A stretch of 64,000 bases of DNA from Candidatus Thiodiazotropha sp. GTDB taxonomy: Bacteria; Pseudomonadota; Gammaproteobacteria; Chromatiales; Chromatiaceae. Where the stretch lies: assembly GCA_050305635.1 (NCBI GenBank), contig JBNLFS010000057.1, positions 11,347-75,346 on the forward strand. The letters run 5' to 3'. Both the position numbers and the translations under genes were made by a program. Shown piece after piece: positions 9,785 through 20,003 of the stretch. The first letter of the stretch is position 1. Every line of letters begins with the position of its first letter. The notes below the pieces were generated by a model. It searched no databases. It had not been told where the DNA came from and saw nothing but the letters and a program-made list of their open reading frames with translations.

Positions 9785-10552
9785 ATGCTGATTGTCATCT
9801 CACCCGCCAAAACCCTTGATTACGAGACCCCACCGATCACCCGGAGTCATACCAAACCCCGGTTTCTCAAGGACTCCCAGCGACTGGTCACCCATCTGCG
9901 CAACTACTCCTCGCTGGACCTGGCGGAGCTGATGAAACTGAGCATGAAGCTGGCGGAGCTCAACTTCGAGCGCTATCACGACTGGAAGACCCCGTTTTCA
10001 ATGAAGAACGCCAAACAGGCGGTGCTCGCCATGAAGGGGGACGTGTACACCGGTCTGGATGCGGAAACCCTGAGCGAGGAATCCCTGGATTTCGCCCAGA
10101 CGCATCTGCGCATCCTCTCCGGACTCTACGGGGTGCTCAAACCCCTCGACCTGATGCAGCCCTACCGGCTGGAGATGGGCACCAAGCTGCCCAATGAAGC
10201 AGGCAAGGATCTGTACGCCTTCTGGGGTGAAACCATCACCCGGGCGATCAACAAGGACCTCAAGGCCCAGGGTGACGATGTACTGATCAATCTCGCCTCC
10301 AACGAGTACTACAAATCGATCAAACCGAAACTGATAGAGGGTCGCATCATCACCCCCCAGTTCAAGGAGCGGAAGAACGGCGGCTACCCGATGATCGGGG
10401 TGTTCGCGAAGCGGGCTCGGGGCCTGATGAGCCGCTACATCATCGACAAGCAGTTGCAGGAGCCGGAAGCCCTGAAGCGCTTCAAGGTCGAGGGTTACGC
10501 CTACAACAAACCACTCTCCAAAGGTGACCAATGGGTGTTCACCCGCGGCTGA
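9785..10552 (+). CDS. yaaA: Peroxide stress protein YaaA (UPF0246/DUF328)
   Basis: MLIVISPAKTLDY, GDVYTGLDA, ILSGLYGVLKPLDLMQPYRLEMG, INLASNEY, AKRARGLM. Confidence 0.95.
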   Translation: MLIVISPAKTLDYETPPITRSHTKPRFLKDSQRLVTHLRNYSSLDLAELMKLSMKLAELNFERYHDWKTPFSMKNAKQAVLAMKGDVYTGLDAETLSEESLDFAQTHLRILSGLYGVLKPLDLMQPYRLEMGTKLPNEAGKDLYAFWGETITRAINKDLKAQGDDVLINLASNEYYKSIKPKLIEGRIITPQFKERKNGGYPMIGVFAKRARGLMSRYIIDKQLQEPEALKRFKVEGYAYNKPLSKGDQWVFTRG

Positions 10553-11316
10553 TCGACGCCCACAGCCATTTCGACGACGCCTCGTTCGACGCGGACCGGG
10601 AACAGGCGCTGCAAAGGGCTCATGACTCGGGGGTGCGCGAGCAGGTGATCCCAGCGGTCATCTCTGCCGGGTGGCCGAGGATCCGCGACCTGTGCGGGGA
10701 CTACCCCGGGCTCTACCCGAGTTACGGCCTGCACCCCATGTACCTGAGCGATCATCGGGAATCCCATCTCCAGGATCTTGAGCAGTGGATCGAGCATGAA
10801 CGGCCGGTGGCGATCGGGGAGTGCGGTCTGGACTTCTACATCCCCGATCCCCAGCCTGAACTTCAGCAGTTCTATTTCGAAGGCCAGCTGAGCCTGGCCC
10901 GGCAGTATGATCTCCCGGTGATCATTCATGCCCGGCGCTCGGTGGAGGAGGTGATCAACACCCTGCGGCGTTATCCCGGCGTGCGGGGCATGCTGCATAG
11001 CTTTTCCGGCAGTGAGCAGCAGGCGCTGCGCTTGATCGATCTGGGGTTTTACCTCAGCTTCGGCGGACCGGTCACCTATCCCCGGGCCCAGCGCATGCAC
11101 CGGCTGGTGCAGCGCCTGCCACTGACCTCCCTGATGCTGGAGACCGACTCTCCGGATCAACCCAACTGCGACCACCGGGGCGAGCGCAACGAGCCGGCCC
11201 GTCTCACAGAAGTGCTCGAACAGGTCAGTACTCTGCGAGGCGAGTCCCCCGAGGTGATTGCCGAGCAGACCCGCCGCAACACCTACCGGCTGTTCGACCT
11301 GCACCCCGACGACTGA
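10531..11316 (+). CDS. TatD family metal-dependent hydrolase/DNase
   Basis: IDAHSHFD, GLHP, AIGECGLD, VIIHAR, LHSFSGS, LETDSPD. Confidence 0.92.
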   Translation: MGVHPRLIDAHSHFDDASFDADREQALQRAHDSGVREQVIPAVISAGWPRIRDLCGDYPGLYPSYGLHPMYLSDHRESHLQDLEQWIEHERPVAIGECGLDFYIPDPQPELQQFYFEGQLSLARQYDLPVIIHARRSVEEVINTLRRYPGVRGMLHSFSGSEQQALRLIDLGFYLSFGGPVTYPRAQRMHRLVQRLPLTSLMLETDSPDQPNCDHRGERNEPARLTEVLEQVSTLRGESPEVIAEQTRRNTYRLFDLHPDD

Positions 11317-11429
11317 CGCCCGATCCTGCCAAACCGGTTAAAATAATCGCTTGATTCCTTCGGCAAGGACATGACTCCGACCCCGTCCCCCGCTATGATG
11401 AGCCGGTTTTTTGAATTTGGAGTCAAGCC

Positions 11430-12428
11430 ATGTCGCGTAAAGGAATTCTCGTCACCGGAGGCGCCGGATACATCGGCAGCCATACGGCCCGTCAACTGGG
11501 TGAAGCCGGAGAGCGCCTGGTCACCCTGGACAACCTTTCCACGGGATTTCGTGATGCGGTGCTCTTCGGTGAACTCGTCGTTGGCGATACGGGTGACCGG
11601 GAACTGGTCAGCCGGGTGCTCAAAGAACACGAGGTGGACACGGTAATGCATTTCGCCGCCCACACCGTGGTTCCGGAATCGGTGGAAAACCCGCTCAAGT
11701 ACTACGCCAACAACACCTGCAACACCCGCAATCTGCTGCAGTGCTGCGCCGAGGCGGGGGTCAAACACTTCGTGTTCTCCTCCACCGCCGCGGTCTACGG
11801 CATCCCGGATTCGGGGATCGCCTACGAGGACGCACCCACCCAGCCCATCAATCCCTACGGGACTTCCAAGCTGATGTCGGAGATGATGCTGCGGGATCTG
11901 GCCTTTGCCAGCGACCTGCGCTACATCGCCCTGCGTTACTTCAACGTCGCGGGCTGTGATCTCGAGGGACGCATCGGCCAGTCCACCCCCAAAGCCACCC
12001 TGCTGACCAAGGTGGCCTGCGAAGCGGCGGTGGGCAAGCGCGACGCGGTCTACATCTTCGGCACCGACTATCCGACCCCGGACGGCACCGGAGTGCGGGA
12101 CTACATCCATGTTGAGGACCTTGCCGACGCACATGTCAAAGCCCTGGACTACCTGCGCGGCGGCGGCGAATCCGCCACCCTGAACTGCGGCTACGGCCAC
12201 GGCTACTCGGTGCGCGAACTGCTCAAATCGGTGGAGGACGCCAACGGCGAACCCCTGAAGATCATCGAGGCGGAACGCCGTGCGGGAGACCCGCCGGAGC
12301 TGGTCGCCGGCGCCAAGAAGGTGCGTGATGTGCTCGGCTGGATCCCCCGCTACGACAACCTGGCCACCATTGCCAGCTCCTCGCTGGCCTGGGAGCGCAA
12401 ACAGCTCGAAAACCCCTGGAAGAACTGA
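11430..12428 (+). CDS. galE: UDP-glucose 4-epimerase
   Basis: LVTGGAGYIGSH, FSSTAAVYG, NPYGTSK, LRYFNVAG, DGTGVRDYIHV. Confidence 0.96.
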   Translation: MSRKGILVTGGAGYIGSHTARQLGEAGERLVTLDNLSTGFRDAVLFGELVVGDTGDRELVSRVLKEHEVDTVMHFAAHTVVPESVENPLKYYANNTCNTRNLLQCCAEAGVKHFVFSSTAAVYGIPDSGIAYEDAPTQPINPYGTSKLMSEMMLRDLAFASDLRYIALRYFNVAGCDLEGRIGQSTPKATLLTKVACEAAVGKRDAVYIFGTDYPTPDGTGVRDYIHVEDLADAHVKALDYLRGGGESATLNCGYGHGYSVRELLKSVEDANGEPLKIIEAERRAGDPPELVAGAKKVRDVLGWIPRYDNLATIASSSLAWERKQLENPWKN

Positions 12429-12432
12429 ACCG

Positions 12433-13233
12433 ATGGAACTGCTGCAGATCATCATCCTGGCGGCGGTCCAGGGCCTGACCGAGTTTCTGCCGATCTCCAG
12501 TTCCGCGCACCTGATCCTGGCGCCCCAGATCACCGGTTATGCCGATCAGGGACTGGCCTTCGACGTAGCGGTGCATGTGGGCACACTGGCAGCGGTTGTC
12601 GGTTACTTCCGCCATGAGGTGATCCGCATCGGCGGCGACTTCTTCCGCTCCTGGGTCAACCCGGCGGCCCGTTCCCGGGAGTCCCGCCTCGGCTGGATGA
12701 TCGTCCTGGCGACCCTGCCGGTCGGGGTCTTCGGCCTGCTCATGAAGCACCTGGTGGAGACCGACCTGCGCGCCCCCCTGGTCATCGCCATCACCACCAT
12801 CGGTTTTGGCATCCTGCTGCTGGTCGCGGATCTGATGGGCAAGCGCCAGCGTGACGAATACTCGCTGAACTGGATGCAAGCCCTGGTGATCGGGGTGTTT
12901 CAGGCCATGGCCATCGTTCCAGGCACTTCCCGCTCGGGTTCCACCATGACCGCGGGACTGATGCTGGGACTGACCCGGGAGGCCGCATCCCGTTTCTCGT
13001 TTTTGATCTCCATCCCCACCATCGTGATGTCGGGCGGCCTGCTAGGCCTGGATCTGCTCGAGAGCACCACGCCGGTGGACTGGCTGTCCATCGGACTGGG
13101 TATCGGCCTGGCGTTTATCACCGCCTACCTGTGCATCCATTTTTTCCTGCGTTTCATCGAGAGCATCGGCATGTGGCCCTTCGTCATCTACCGGTTTCTA
13201 CTGGGAGGGCTGATCATCGCTTACCTTTTGTAA
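12433..13233 (+). CDS. uppP: Undecaprenyl-diphosphatase
   Basis: VQGLTEFLPISSSAHL, PGTSRSGST, ASRFSFL; polytopic membrane protein. Confidence 0.95.
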   Translation: MELLQIIILAAVQGLTEFLPISSSAHLILAPQITGYADQGLAFDVAVHVGTLAAVVGYFRHEVIRIGGDFFRSWVNPAARSRESRLGWMIVLATLPVGVFGLLMKHLVETDLRAPLVIAITTIGFGILLLVADLMGKRQRDEYSLNWMQALVIGVFQAMAIVPGTSRSGSTMTAGLMLGLTREAASRFSFLISIPTIVMSGGLLGLDLLESTTPVDWLSIGLGIGLAFITAYLCIHFFLRFIESIGMWPFVIYRFLLGGLIIAYLL

Positions 13234-13393
13234 GAGGTACGATCAAGGCGTCGGCATCCGGGAATCAGTACGGATCAGAGCCGATCAGCATACAATCCGA
13301 TACAATAGACGCCTTGACTCTCACAAACACGGAATGGGATAGTTTGGGCAGATACCGAACTCTCCCTGACAGACCAAGGAAGAAGGAATCAAT

Positions 13394-13897
13394 ATGATAA
13401 AGACACTCATCAAACTCTCAGCCACGATCCTGTTTACCCTGAGTATATCCGCATGTTTCAGCGGTGGCGGTGACGACGTCAAGGTCAAGACCTTCAAGAT
13501 CAACGGTTCAACCTCGGAACTCGAAGATGGCCGGGTGGTGATCGATTCGAACATCAACAGCGGTAAATTCGAGCTGGTCTGGGAAGTCGATGACGATCAT
13601 GCGAGCGGCTACTACACTTGGTTTTATCTGAGTGTCAACAGCAATCTCTCCAGAGACAATGACATCGATTTCTACTATGTCTACTGCGGAGAGACCGGGC
13701 GCTGTGACCACGATGATGACAACGACGAGGATTGCTGGTTCGACAACAACCTCGAAATGGTCTGTGAGGACGATGATGATCCGACCACCGATGTCGACGA
13801 TCTCATCGACAGTCTGCCTGAAGACCTCTACATCATCATCGAGGCCTGCAACGACGCGGATTGCGACACCGAAGCGGTCCCGGTGCGCCTGCGCTGA
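13394..13897 (+). CDS. Hypothetical Asp/Cys-rich lipoprotein
   Basis: AAGGA RBS; lipobox LSISA-C; very acidic C-terminal half (CDHDDDNDEDC, CEDDDDP, CNDADC). Confidence 0.75.
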   Translation: MIKTLIKLSATILFTLSISACFSGGGDDVKVKTFKINGSTSELEDGRVVIDSNINSGKFELVWEVDDDHASGYYTWFYLSVNSNLSRDNDIDFYYVYCGETGRCDHDDDNDEDCWFDNNLEMVCEDDDDPTTDVDDLIDSLPEDLYIIIEACNDADCDTEAVPVRLR

Positions 13898-13912
13898 TTT
13901 TTCATTTCAATC

Positions 13913-13941
13913 ACCGGGAGTCGGCCCAACCGGCTCCCGGT
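13913..13941 (+). terminator. Stem-loop after lipoprotein gene (possible terminator)
   Basis: accgggagtcgg-cccaa-ccggctcccggt, 12-bp stem with one G:U pair; no clear U-tract. Confidence 0.4.
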
Positions 13942-14077
13942 AGAGAATGATGATATCCATGGATGGAATTGACCACAGATCCGATCGAACGGATAGCCTT
14001 GAATCGAGCGGATTCCCAGTTCGATGCTCAACGACCTTTTTTGATTATTCAATTGCTTCAGCCATAGAAACTGTACC

Positions 14078-14507
14078 AGCGGCTGTTGAGTTGAGATGTT
14101 CGCTGCGCACGCGTTTTTTATTCCCCCTCTCCCGCAAGGGGAGAGGGAAATCACGGATCGAGTAAGGTGGCTAGCGGATAGTCTGTCACTACCTCCCCGA
14201 TCAGTATCCGTAGATCGGGTTAGCGAAGCGTAACCCGACGAACTACGACACTATGCCCGTTCATCTCAGGTTACGCTGCGCTATCCCGGCCTACCCGCTG
14301 GAAAGGTTTTTGTTATTCCCATCGGGGTCAGTTTCTGCAGGATCCCGGGTTCCACTTCGTTTCACCCGGGCTACATTCGAGCAGTCACTCAACGTACTTC
14401 AATTGTGATTCCCCTCTCCCCTTGCGGGAGAGGGCCTGGGAGAGGGGGAATCAAAAAACCGTGCGCGCAGCGAACACCACAACTCAAAACTTCCTCAATC
14501 AGCCGCT
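14078..14507. mobile_element. Composite MITE-like/REP mosaic with long imperfect terminal inverted repeats and nested REPs
   Basis: Left arm agcggctg..ttgagttg..tgttcgctgcgcacgcgtttttt.attccccctctcccgcaaggggagagggaaatcac is reverse-complemented at about 14405-14507. Inside are a GTAG-type REP pair (about 14209-14295) and a family B REP (14340-14374). Confidence 0.7.
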
Positions 14508-14569
14508 ATTCGGTATGCGAAACCTGATTCATCGGGGCTGAGTTTGCAGGGCAGTCATAGGTTCTTCTT

Positions 14570-16285
14570 TCAGTCGCGGATATAGCGTTTACGTTTACTC
14601 TCCTTGACCCTCTCCAGATCCACCATAATCATCCCATCGGTACAGCCCGCAAAATCGGGATCGATACCGAAATCGAGAAAGCTCACCCCCCCCGGCTCAC
14701 ACAGATCGGTGTACTGCTTATAGAGCGTGGGAATGGTCAGATCAAACTGTGCCAGCTGGTTTTTCAACTCCTGCAGATCCGTCTCGAAATCATCGCCGAC
14801 GAACACCGGGCCCAGTTCATCCCAGGTGGCCCGGCTGGTCTGATAGGGATTGCGCGCGGCGCCGAGAAACTGCTTGGGGGGAAAGTAGCGCAGGTAAAAA
14901 TCCACCATCAGGTCCCGGGCCGGTTTCGGATAACGGGCGCTGATACTCACCGGCCCGAACATGTAGCGGATCTCAGGACGATGTCGTAGATAGGCGCCCA
15001 ACCCCTGCCACAGGTAGTCCAGGGCCCGGGAGCCCCAGTAGCGGGGTTGAACAAAACTTCTACCCAGTTCAATCGCCTGATCCGCAAAGGGTTCGAAGGT
15101 GTCATCGAACTTGAACAGGCTCTGGGTGTAGAGCCCGTCATTACCCTGCTGTTCGAGTATTTGGCGCACCTCGCCGATCCGGTAGGAACCCACCATCTCC
15201 AGCTCATTCTCATCCCAAAGCACCAGGTGACGATAATGCAGATCGTACTTGTCCGTATCCCGACGCTTGCCGGTGCCTTCGCCCACCTTGCGGAAGCTGA
15301 TCTCCCGCAGCCGTCCGATCTCCCGCATGAAGGCGCTGCCCGGCTCCCAGTCCATCAAAAGAATCTGTTTACCGTCCCGAGTCTGACCCAGCACCTCGCC
15401 CTTGCCCAGCTCCTTTTTCAACGCCTGGCGGGATTCCGGATGGGCTATGCTCTTCTCCGTGGTGAACACCCCGGGCTTGCGCTGGGAGATACGGTAGAGG
15501 TGCTTGCGCACCATCTTCACCCGGGACTTCAGACGGATGCCCGCCATATTCAGATGGTCGAAGGGAATCAATTCGCCGACCCGGAAGGCGATGGTGTTGG
15601 AACGCTGCAGGAACATCTCCTGCACCAGCAACAGTGCCGCGATCGGTTTGTAGAACATGGACACCCCATAAAACAGGGGCGAGTTGCGGGCATCGATATA
15701 GATCGGCAGCAATGGCGAATGGGTGCGCCGGGCGAACTGCATGAAACCGCTCTTCCAGCGGGTGTCCCGGATCCCGTTGGGTCGCAGGCGCGACACCTCT
15801 CCCGCGGGAAAGATGATCACCAGCTCCTCCCGTTCCAACGCCGCGTGGATGCGCTTGACCCCGTTGCGGTTCGATCCGCCTCCCAGGTTGTCCACCGGCA
15901 ACAGCAGCTCCCCCAGGGGTTCGATGGATGAGAGCAGATCCGTGGCCACCACCTTGATATCCCGGCGCACCCGGCTGATCATCTGGATCAGGCTCAGCGC
16001 ATCCAGGGCGCCCAGGGGGTGGTTCGCCACTACGATCACCCGGCCGCTGGGGGGTATGTTCTCCAGATCCTTGTTCGAAACCAGGTAATCAAGATCGAAA
16101 TACTCGAGGACCTTTTCGATCAGTTCGAAGCCTCTGAGGGACTGGTGTTCATCCAGAAAACGGTTGATCTCCCGCTCCCGGAACAGCATGCGCAGGATCT
16201 TTATCATCGGGCGGGTCAGAAGGCCCGGTTGTTTCTCGAAAAATCCCGGAAATCGGTCGGTCAGGACCTGTTCTACATTCAACAA
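14570..16285 (-). CDS. Bifunctional PlsC-type acyltransferase plus GNAT (OlsF-like aminolipid/ornithine-lipid synthase; often annotated as putative hemolysin)
   Basis: N-terminal ANHPLGALD (HxxxxD) and IFPAGEVS; C-terminal EIGRLREISFRKVGEG, ELGRSFVQPRYW, LDYLWQG, IPTLYKQY, FGIDPDF. Confidence 0.8.
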   Translation of the reverse strand: MLNVEQVLTDRFPGFFEKQPGLLTRPMIKILRMLFREREINRFLDEHQSLRGFELIEKVLEYFDLDYLVSNKDLENIPPSGRVIVVANHPLGALDALSLIQMISRVRRDIKVVATDLLSSIEPLGELLLPVDNLGGGSNRNGVKRIHAALEREELVIIFPAGEVSRLRPNGIRDTRWKSGFMQFARRTHSPLLPIYIDARNSPLFYGVSMFYKPIAALLLVQEMFLQRSNTIAFRVGELIPFDHLNMAGIRLKSRVKMVRKHLYRISQRKPGVFTTEKSIAHPESRQALKKELGKGEVLGQTRDGKQILLMDWEPGSAFMREIGRLREISFRKVGEGTGKRRDTDKYDLHYRHLVLWDENELEMVGSYRIGEVRQILEQQGNDGLYTQSLFKFDDTFEPFADQAIELGRSFVQPRYWGSRALDYLWQGLGAYLRHRPEIRYMFGPVSISARYPKPARDLMVDFYLRYFPPKQFLGAARNPYQTSRATWDELGPVFVGDDFETDLQELKNQLAQFDLTIPTLYKQYTDLCEPGGVSFLDFGIDPDFAGCTDGMIMVDLERVKESKRKRYIRD

Positions 16286-16613
16286 GGTGGTGCTCCCCGG
16301 ATTAAATCAGCAGGAGCATACGGGCGCATCATGACAGCGGGTTTGCGGGACTATGAGCTTTACATGTCCTGATCGTGACCGTTTAGTGAATCCGGCCTGT
16401 GGAGGCAACATACGGTCGTAGAGCGGTCTCCGGGTTGTCTGACCAGAATCCGGGGCCCATTGAATACCCCACAGGCTGAGGCTTGCCTCGAAACACAATA
16501 ACGGCGAGACCGGACTTACCTCCCCAAGCCGGGATATGCGATAATTTCGGTTTTTCTCGCCACGCCGGACCCTCCGGCCGGACCGGAACCCAAGCTTGCA
16601 AGTCGAAGCCCCT

Positions 16614-18662
16614 ATGAATAAAACTCCGCGTAAGATCCTCATCACCAGCGCCCTGCCCTACGCCAACGGGCCGATCCATCTCGGCCACCTGGTGGAGTAC
16701 ATTCAGACCGATATCTGGTCCCGCTTCCAGAAGATGCGCGGTCACTCGTGTCTGTACGTCTGCGCCGACGACGCCCACGGCACGCCGATCATGCTGCGCG
16801 CCCGCCAGGAGGGCATTACCCCGGAGACCCTGATCGCCCGGGTCGCCGAGGAGCATCAGGCGGACTTCGCCGGCTTCCGCATCGGCTTCGACAACTACCA
16901 CTCGACCCATTCCCCGGAGAACCAGGTGTGCGCCAACACCATCTACGAGCGCAATCGGGACGGGGGGCATATCGCCAAACGCACCATCACCCAGGCCTAC
17001 GATCCGGTGGAGCAGATGTTCCTGCCCGACCGCTTCATCAAGGGCACCTGCCCGAAGTGTGGCGCCGAGGATCAGTATGGCGACAACTGCGAGGTGTGTG
17101 GCGCCAGTTATTCGCCGGCGGAACTGAAGAACCCGGTCTCCGCGGTATCCGGCGCGGTGCCGGAACAGCGTGAGTCGGATCACTATTTTTTCAAGCTGGC
17201 CGATTTCGAAACCATGCTCAAGGAGTGGACCGGAGGCGGTCACGTGCAGAGCGAGGTCGCCAACAAGCTGGGTGAGTGGTTCGAGGCCGGACTGCAGGAG
17301 TGGGACATCTCCCGGGACGCCCCCTACTTCGGTTTCGAGATACCCGACCATCCGGGCAAATACTTCTACGTCTGGCTTGACGCCCCGATCGGCTACATGG
17401 CCAGTTTCCGCAACCTGTGCGACAAGACCGAGGAACTCGACTTCGACGAGTACTGGACCCCGGAGAGCCCGACGGAGCTGTACCATTTCATCGGCAAGGA
17501 CATCATCTACTTCCACACCCTGTTCTGGCCGGCGATGCTCCACGGGGCGGGCTTCCGCACCCCCAACGCGGTGTTCGCCCACGGCTTTCTCACCGTGGAC
17601 GGCTCCAAGATGTCCAAATCCCGGGGCACCTTCATCAATGCGCGCACCTACCTGGATCATCTGAATCCGGAGTACCTGCGCTACTACTTCGCCGCAAAAC
17701 TCGGATCAGGCGTCGACGACATCGACCTCAACCTGGAGGACTTCGCCGCCCGGGTCAACAGCGACCTGGTGGGTAAAGTGGTGAATATCGCCAGCCGCTG
17801 TGCCGGATTCATCAGCAAGCGTTTCGATGGACGCATGGCCGGGCAGGTCTCCGAGCAGGCCCTGTTCGATGAGTTCGTGGCGGCCGGCGAGACCATTGCC
17901 GGGCATTTCGAGCACCGGGAATACAGCCGCGCGGTGCGCGAGATCATGGCCCTGGCCGACCGGGCCAACCAGACCATCGACGAGCGCAAGCCCTGGGTGG
18001 TGGCCAAGCAGGACGGTCAGGACGACGAACTGCAGGCGATCTGCAGCGACGGCCTCAACCTGTTCCGTCTGCTGATCGGTTACCTGCGCCCGATATTGCC
18101 CGGTACCGCGGAGATGGCGGAGCGCTTTCTGCAGATCGACCCCCTGACCTGGGAACAGCTGGCGACCCCGCTGACCGGCCATGCCGTCGGTGCGTTCGAA
18201 CCCCTCATGACCCGGGTCGACCCCAAGCAGATCGAAGCAATGCTGGCGCATTCGAAAGAAGACCTGGCCGCCCAGACGCCGGTCAAGGCCGCCAAGCCGG
18301 CTGGCGACTCGCCCTTGAGCAAGGAACCGATCGCCGCCACCATCGAGTACAAGGATTTCGCCAAGCTGGATCTGCGCATCGCCCGCATCGCCAAGGCAGA
18401 CCACGTGGAGGGCGCCGACAAGCTGTTGCAGCTGACCCTGGACCTGGGCGGCGAAACCCGCAACGTGTTCGCCGGAATCAAGTCGGCCTATGCCCCGGAG
18501 GACCTGGAAGGCAAACTTACCGTGATGGTCGCCAACCTGGCGCCGCGCAAGATGCGATTCGGCGTCTCGGAAGGCATGGTGCTGGCCGCGGGACCGGGAG
18601 GAAAGGAGCTGTACATTCTGAATCCCGACGAGGGCGCTCTGCCGGGTATGCGGGTCAAGTAA
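16614..18662 (+). CDS. metG: Methionine--tRNA ligase
   Basis: [12 protein letters not shown], Zn knuckle CPKC...CEVC, KMSKS, C-terminal tRNA-binding domain ([16 protein letters not shown]). Confidence 0.98.
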   Translation: MNKTPRKILITSALPYANGPIHLGHLVEYIQTDIWSRFQKMRGHSCLYVCADDAHGTPIMLRARQEGITPETLIARVAEEHQADFAGFRIGFDNYHSTHSPENQVCANTIYERNRDGGHIAKRTITQAYDPVEQMFLPDRFIKGTCPKCGAEDQYGDNCEVCGASYSPAELKNPVSAVSGAVPEQRESDHYFFKLADFETMLKEWTGGGHVQSEVANKLGEWFEAGLQEWDISRDAPYFGFEIPDHPGKYFYVWLDAPIGYMASFRNLCDKTEELDFDEYWTPESPTELYHFIGKDIIYFHTLFWPAMLHGAGFRTPNAVFAHGFLTVDGSKMSKSRGTFINARTYLDHLNPEYLRYYFAAKLGSGVDDIDLNLEDFAARVNSDLVGKVVNIASRCAGFISKRFDGRMAGQVSEQALFDEFVAAGETIAGHFEHREYSRAVREIMALADRANQTIDERKPWVVAKQDGQDDELQAICSDGLNLFRLLIGYLRPILPGTAEMAERFLQIDPLTWEQLATPLTGHAVGAFEPLMTRVDPKQIEAMLAHSKEDLAAQTPVKAAKPAGDSPLSKEPIAATIEYKDFAKLDLRIARIAKADHVEGADKLLQLTLDLGGETRNVFAGIKSAYAPEDLEGKLTVMVANLAPRKMRFGVSEGMVLAAGPGGKELYILNPDEGALPGMRVK

Positions 18663-18872
18663 ACAGCTCCAGCGCGGATCGCTGACACACAGCGCCCGCG
18701 AGGAGCACCCCATGGCTCAATGGCAACGGGTAGGAACAGCCTGAGCAACGCGGTGGACGGACCAGGATACGAGCGCGCCCTACGACCTGTTTGATAGCTT
18801 GTGCGGTAATACCAACAAGGAGACTGTCCGCCGCAGAAGTGCTATATATCAGTCATACGTTACTGCAAAACA

Positions 18873-20003
18873 GTGAATCCACTACGTATGAACCCGGGCC
18901 CCCACACATCGGACATCAAGCCCAATACGCCTCTGCTCGCGCTTTTGTCGGGCTTAGGGATCATGATCGGCGCCACCCCCTACCTGTTTTATATCGAGCA
19001 ACTCTGGTTACTGCCGTTACTTGCCCTGGTAGCGGTTGCCACGATGTGGATCAGCGCGCGGAAATTCCGCACCCATGCCACCTTTGAACCGACCGCGGGG
19101 GAATGGATCTCCGCGGGATGGGGGTTCGTCGGCTACGCGTCGATGCAGAGTTTGAACCTCATCTACTACGGCATTGCATATTGGATCGTCAGAGGGGTCG
19201 TTTATATTTCCGGCCTGATGGATATCCTCATCGATCCCTCATGGGCCCACACCATCGGTCTATGGGTTTCACTGCTGTTCGCTTTCGGTCTCTATGTGGC
19301 GGTCCTCGAACTCTCGACCAAATTGCCTCAGCGACTCTACCCGCGACTGGCCGGTGTGCGCTCCCCCTATTACGCACTCTGGTTTCGCTACAAACTATGG
19401 ATCCTGCTCGCCGTGGTGACCGGTCTGAGCGGTCTGGCGGTGATGCTGATCCTTGGGCTTCACCCCTGGTACTGGGTTCTGGGCGGCTGGGCGCTGGTCT
19501 TCTATACCAGCTTTCCGATCGCCAGCATGGGCGAAGAGCGGGAGCAGCTCAGAGCGAAAGGTCTCAAGGCCGCGAAAAGTCTGCTGGAAGCCTCCGGCTG
19601 GTCATTATCGACTCTGTCACCCACGGGGGATCCACAGATCGACCCGTTTCTCGAGGAGGTGGATTATCTGGCGCGTCGGGAAACTGAGCGGTTGCTGATC
19701 GGGGTGGTTGCGGCAGAAGTGGACTGGACCGCCGCGGCGAGCCTGCAGATGGCCGCCCGGGTTCTGCAAGGCCGCATACCCGGCGAGGAGGACAGCCCGG
19801 CTAGAATGCATCCACTGTTATTCCTGACCAGTGAGACCATTGACGACAGCGTTCAGCGCTTCGCCGAACGGGAAGACCTGGTGGTGGTGCACTTACCCAA
19901 GCGCAAGACCAAAGAGGTGTTGCAAGCGACCGCTGACCCGACCGCTTTGAAAAGCCTGGCAGATTCATTGATTCCCCTGGGAGCAACCGCCCATGGGAAT
20001 TAG
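18873..20003 (+). CDS. Multi-pass membrane protein with C-terminal degenerate Mrr/PD-(D/E)xK restriction-endonuclease-like domain
   Basis: About 6 hydrophobic segments in residues ~20-215. The soluble tail LLEASGWSLS..TGDPQID..VDYLARRETERLLIGV..LLFLTSETIDDSVQRFAEREDLVVV resembles the Mrr_cat pattern. Start may be ATG 18888. Confidence 0.55.
   Translation: MNPLRMNPGPHTSDIKPNTPLLALLSGLGIMIGATPYLFYIEQLWLLPLLALVAVATMWISARKFRTHATFEPTAGEWISAGWGFVGYASMQSLNLIYYGIAYWIVRGVVYISGLMDILIDPSWAHTIGLWVSLLFAFGLYVAVLELSTKLPQRLYPRLAGVRSPYYALWFRYKLWILLAVVTGLSGLAVMLILGLHPWYWVLGGWALVFYTSFPIASMGEEREQLRAKGLKAAKSLLEASGWSLSTLSPTGDPQIDPFLEEVDYLARRETERLLIGVVAAEVDWTAAASLQMAARVLQGRIPGEEDSPARMHPLLFLTSETIDDSVQRFAEREDLVVVHLPKRKTKEVLQATADPTALKSLADSLIPLGATAHGN

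Noticed and set aside
14686-14693. C8 homopolymer in the OlsF-like gene as a phase-variation tract
   Set aside because: Near the 3' end, encodes the PGGV segment in frame, and such runs are unremarkable at this GC content
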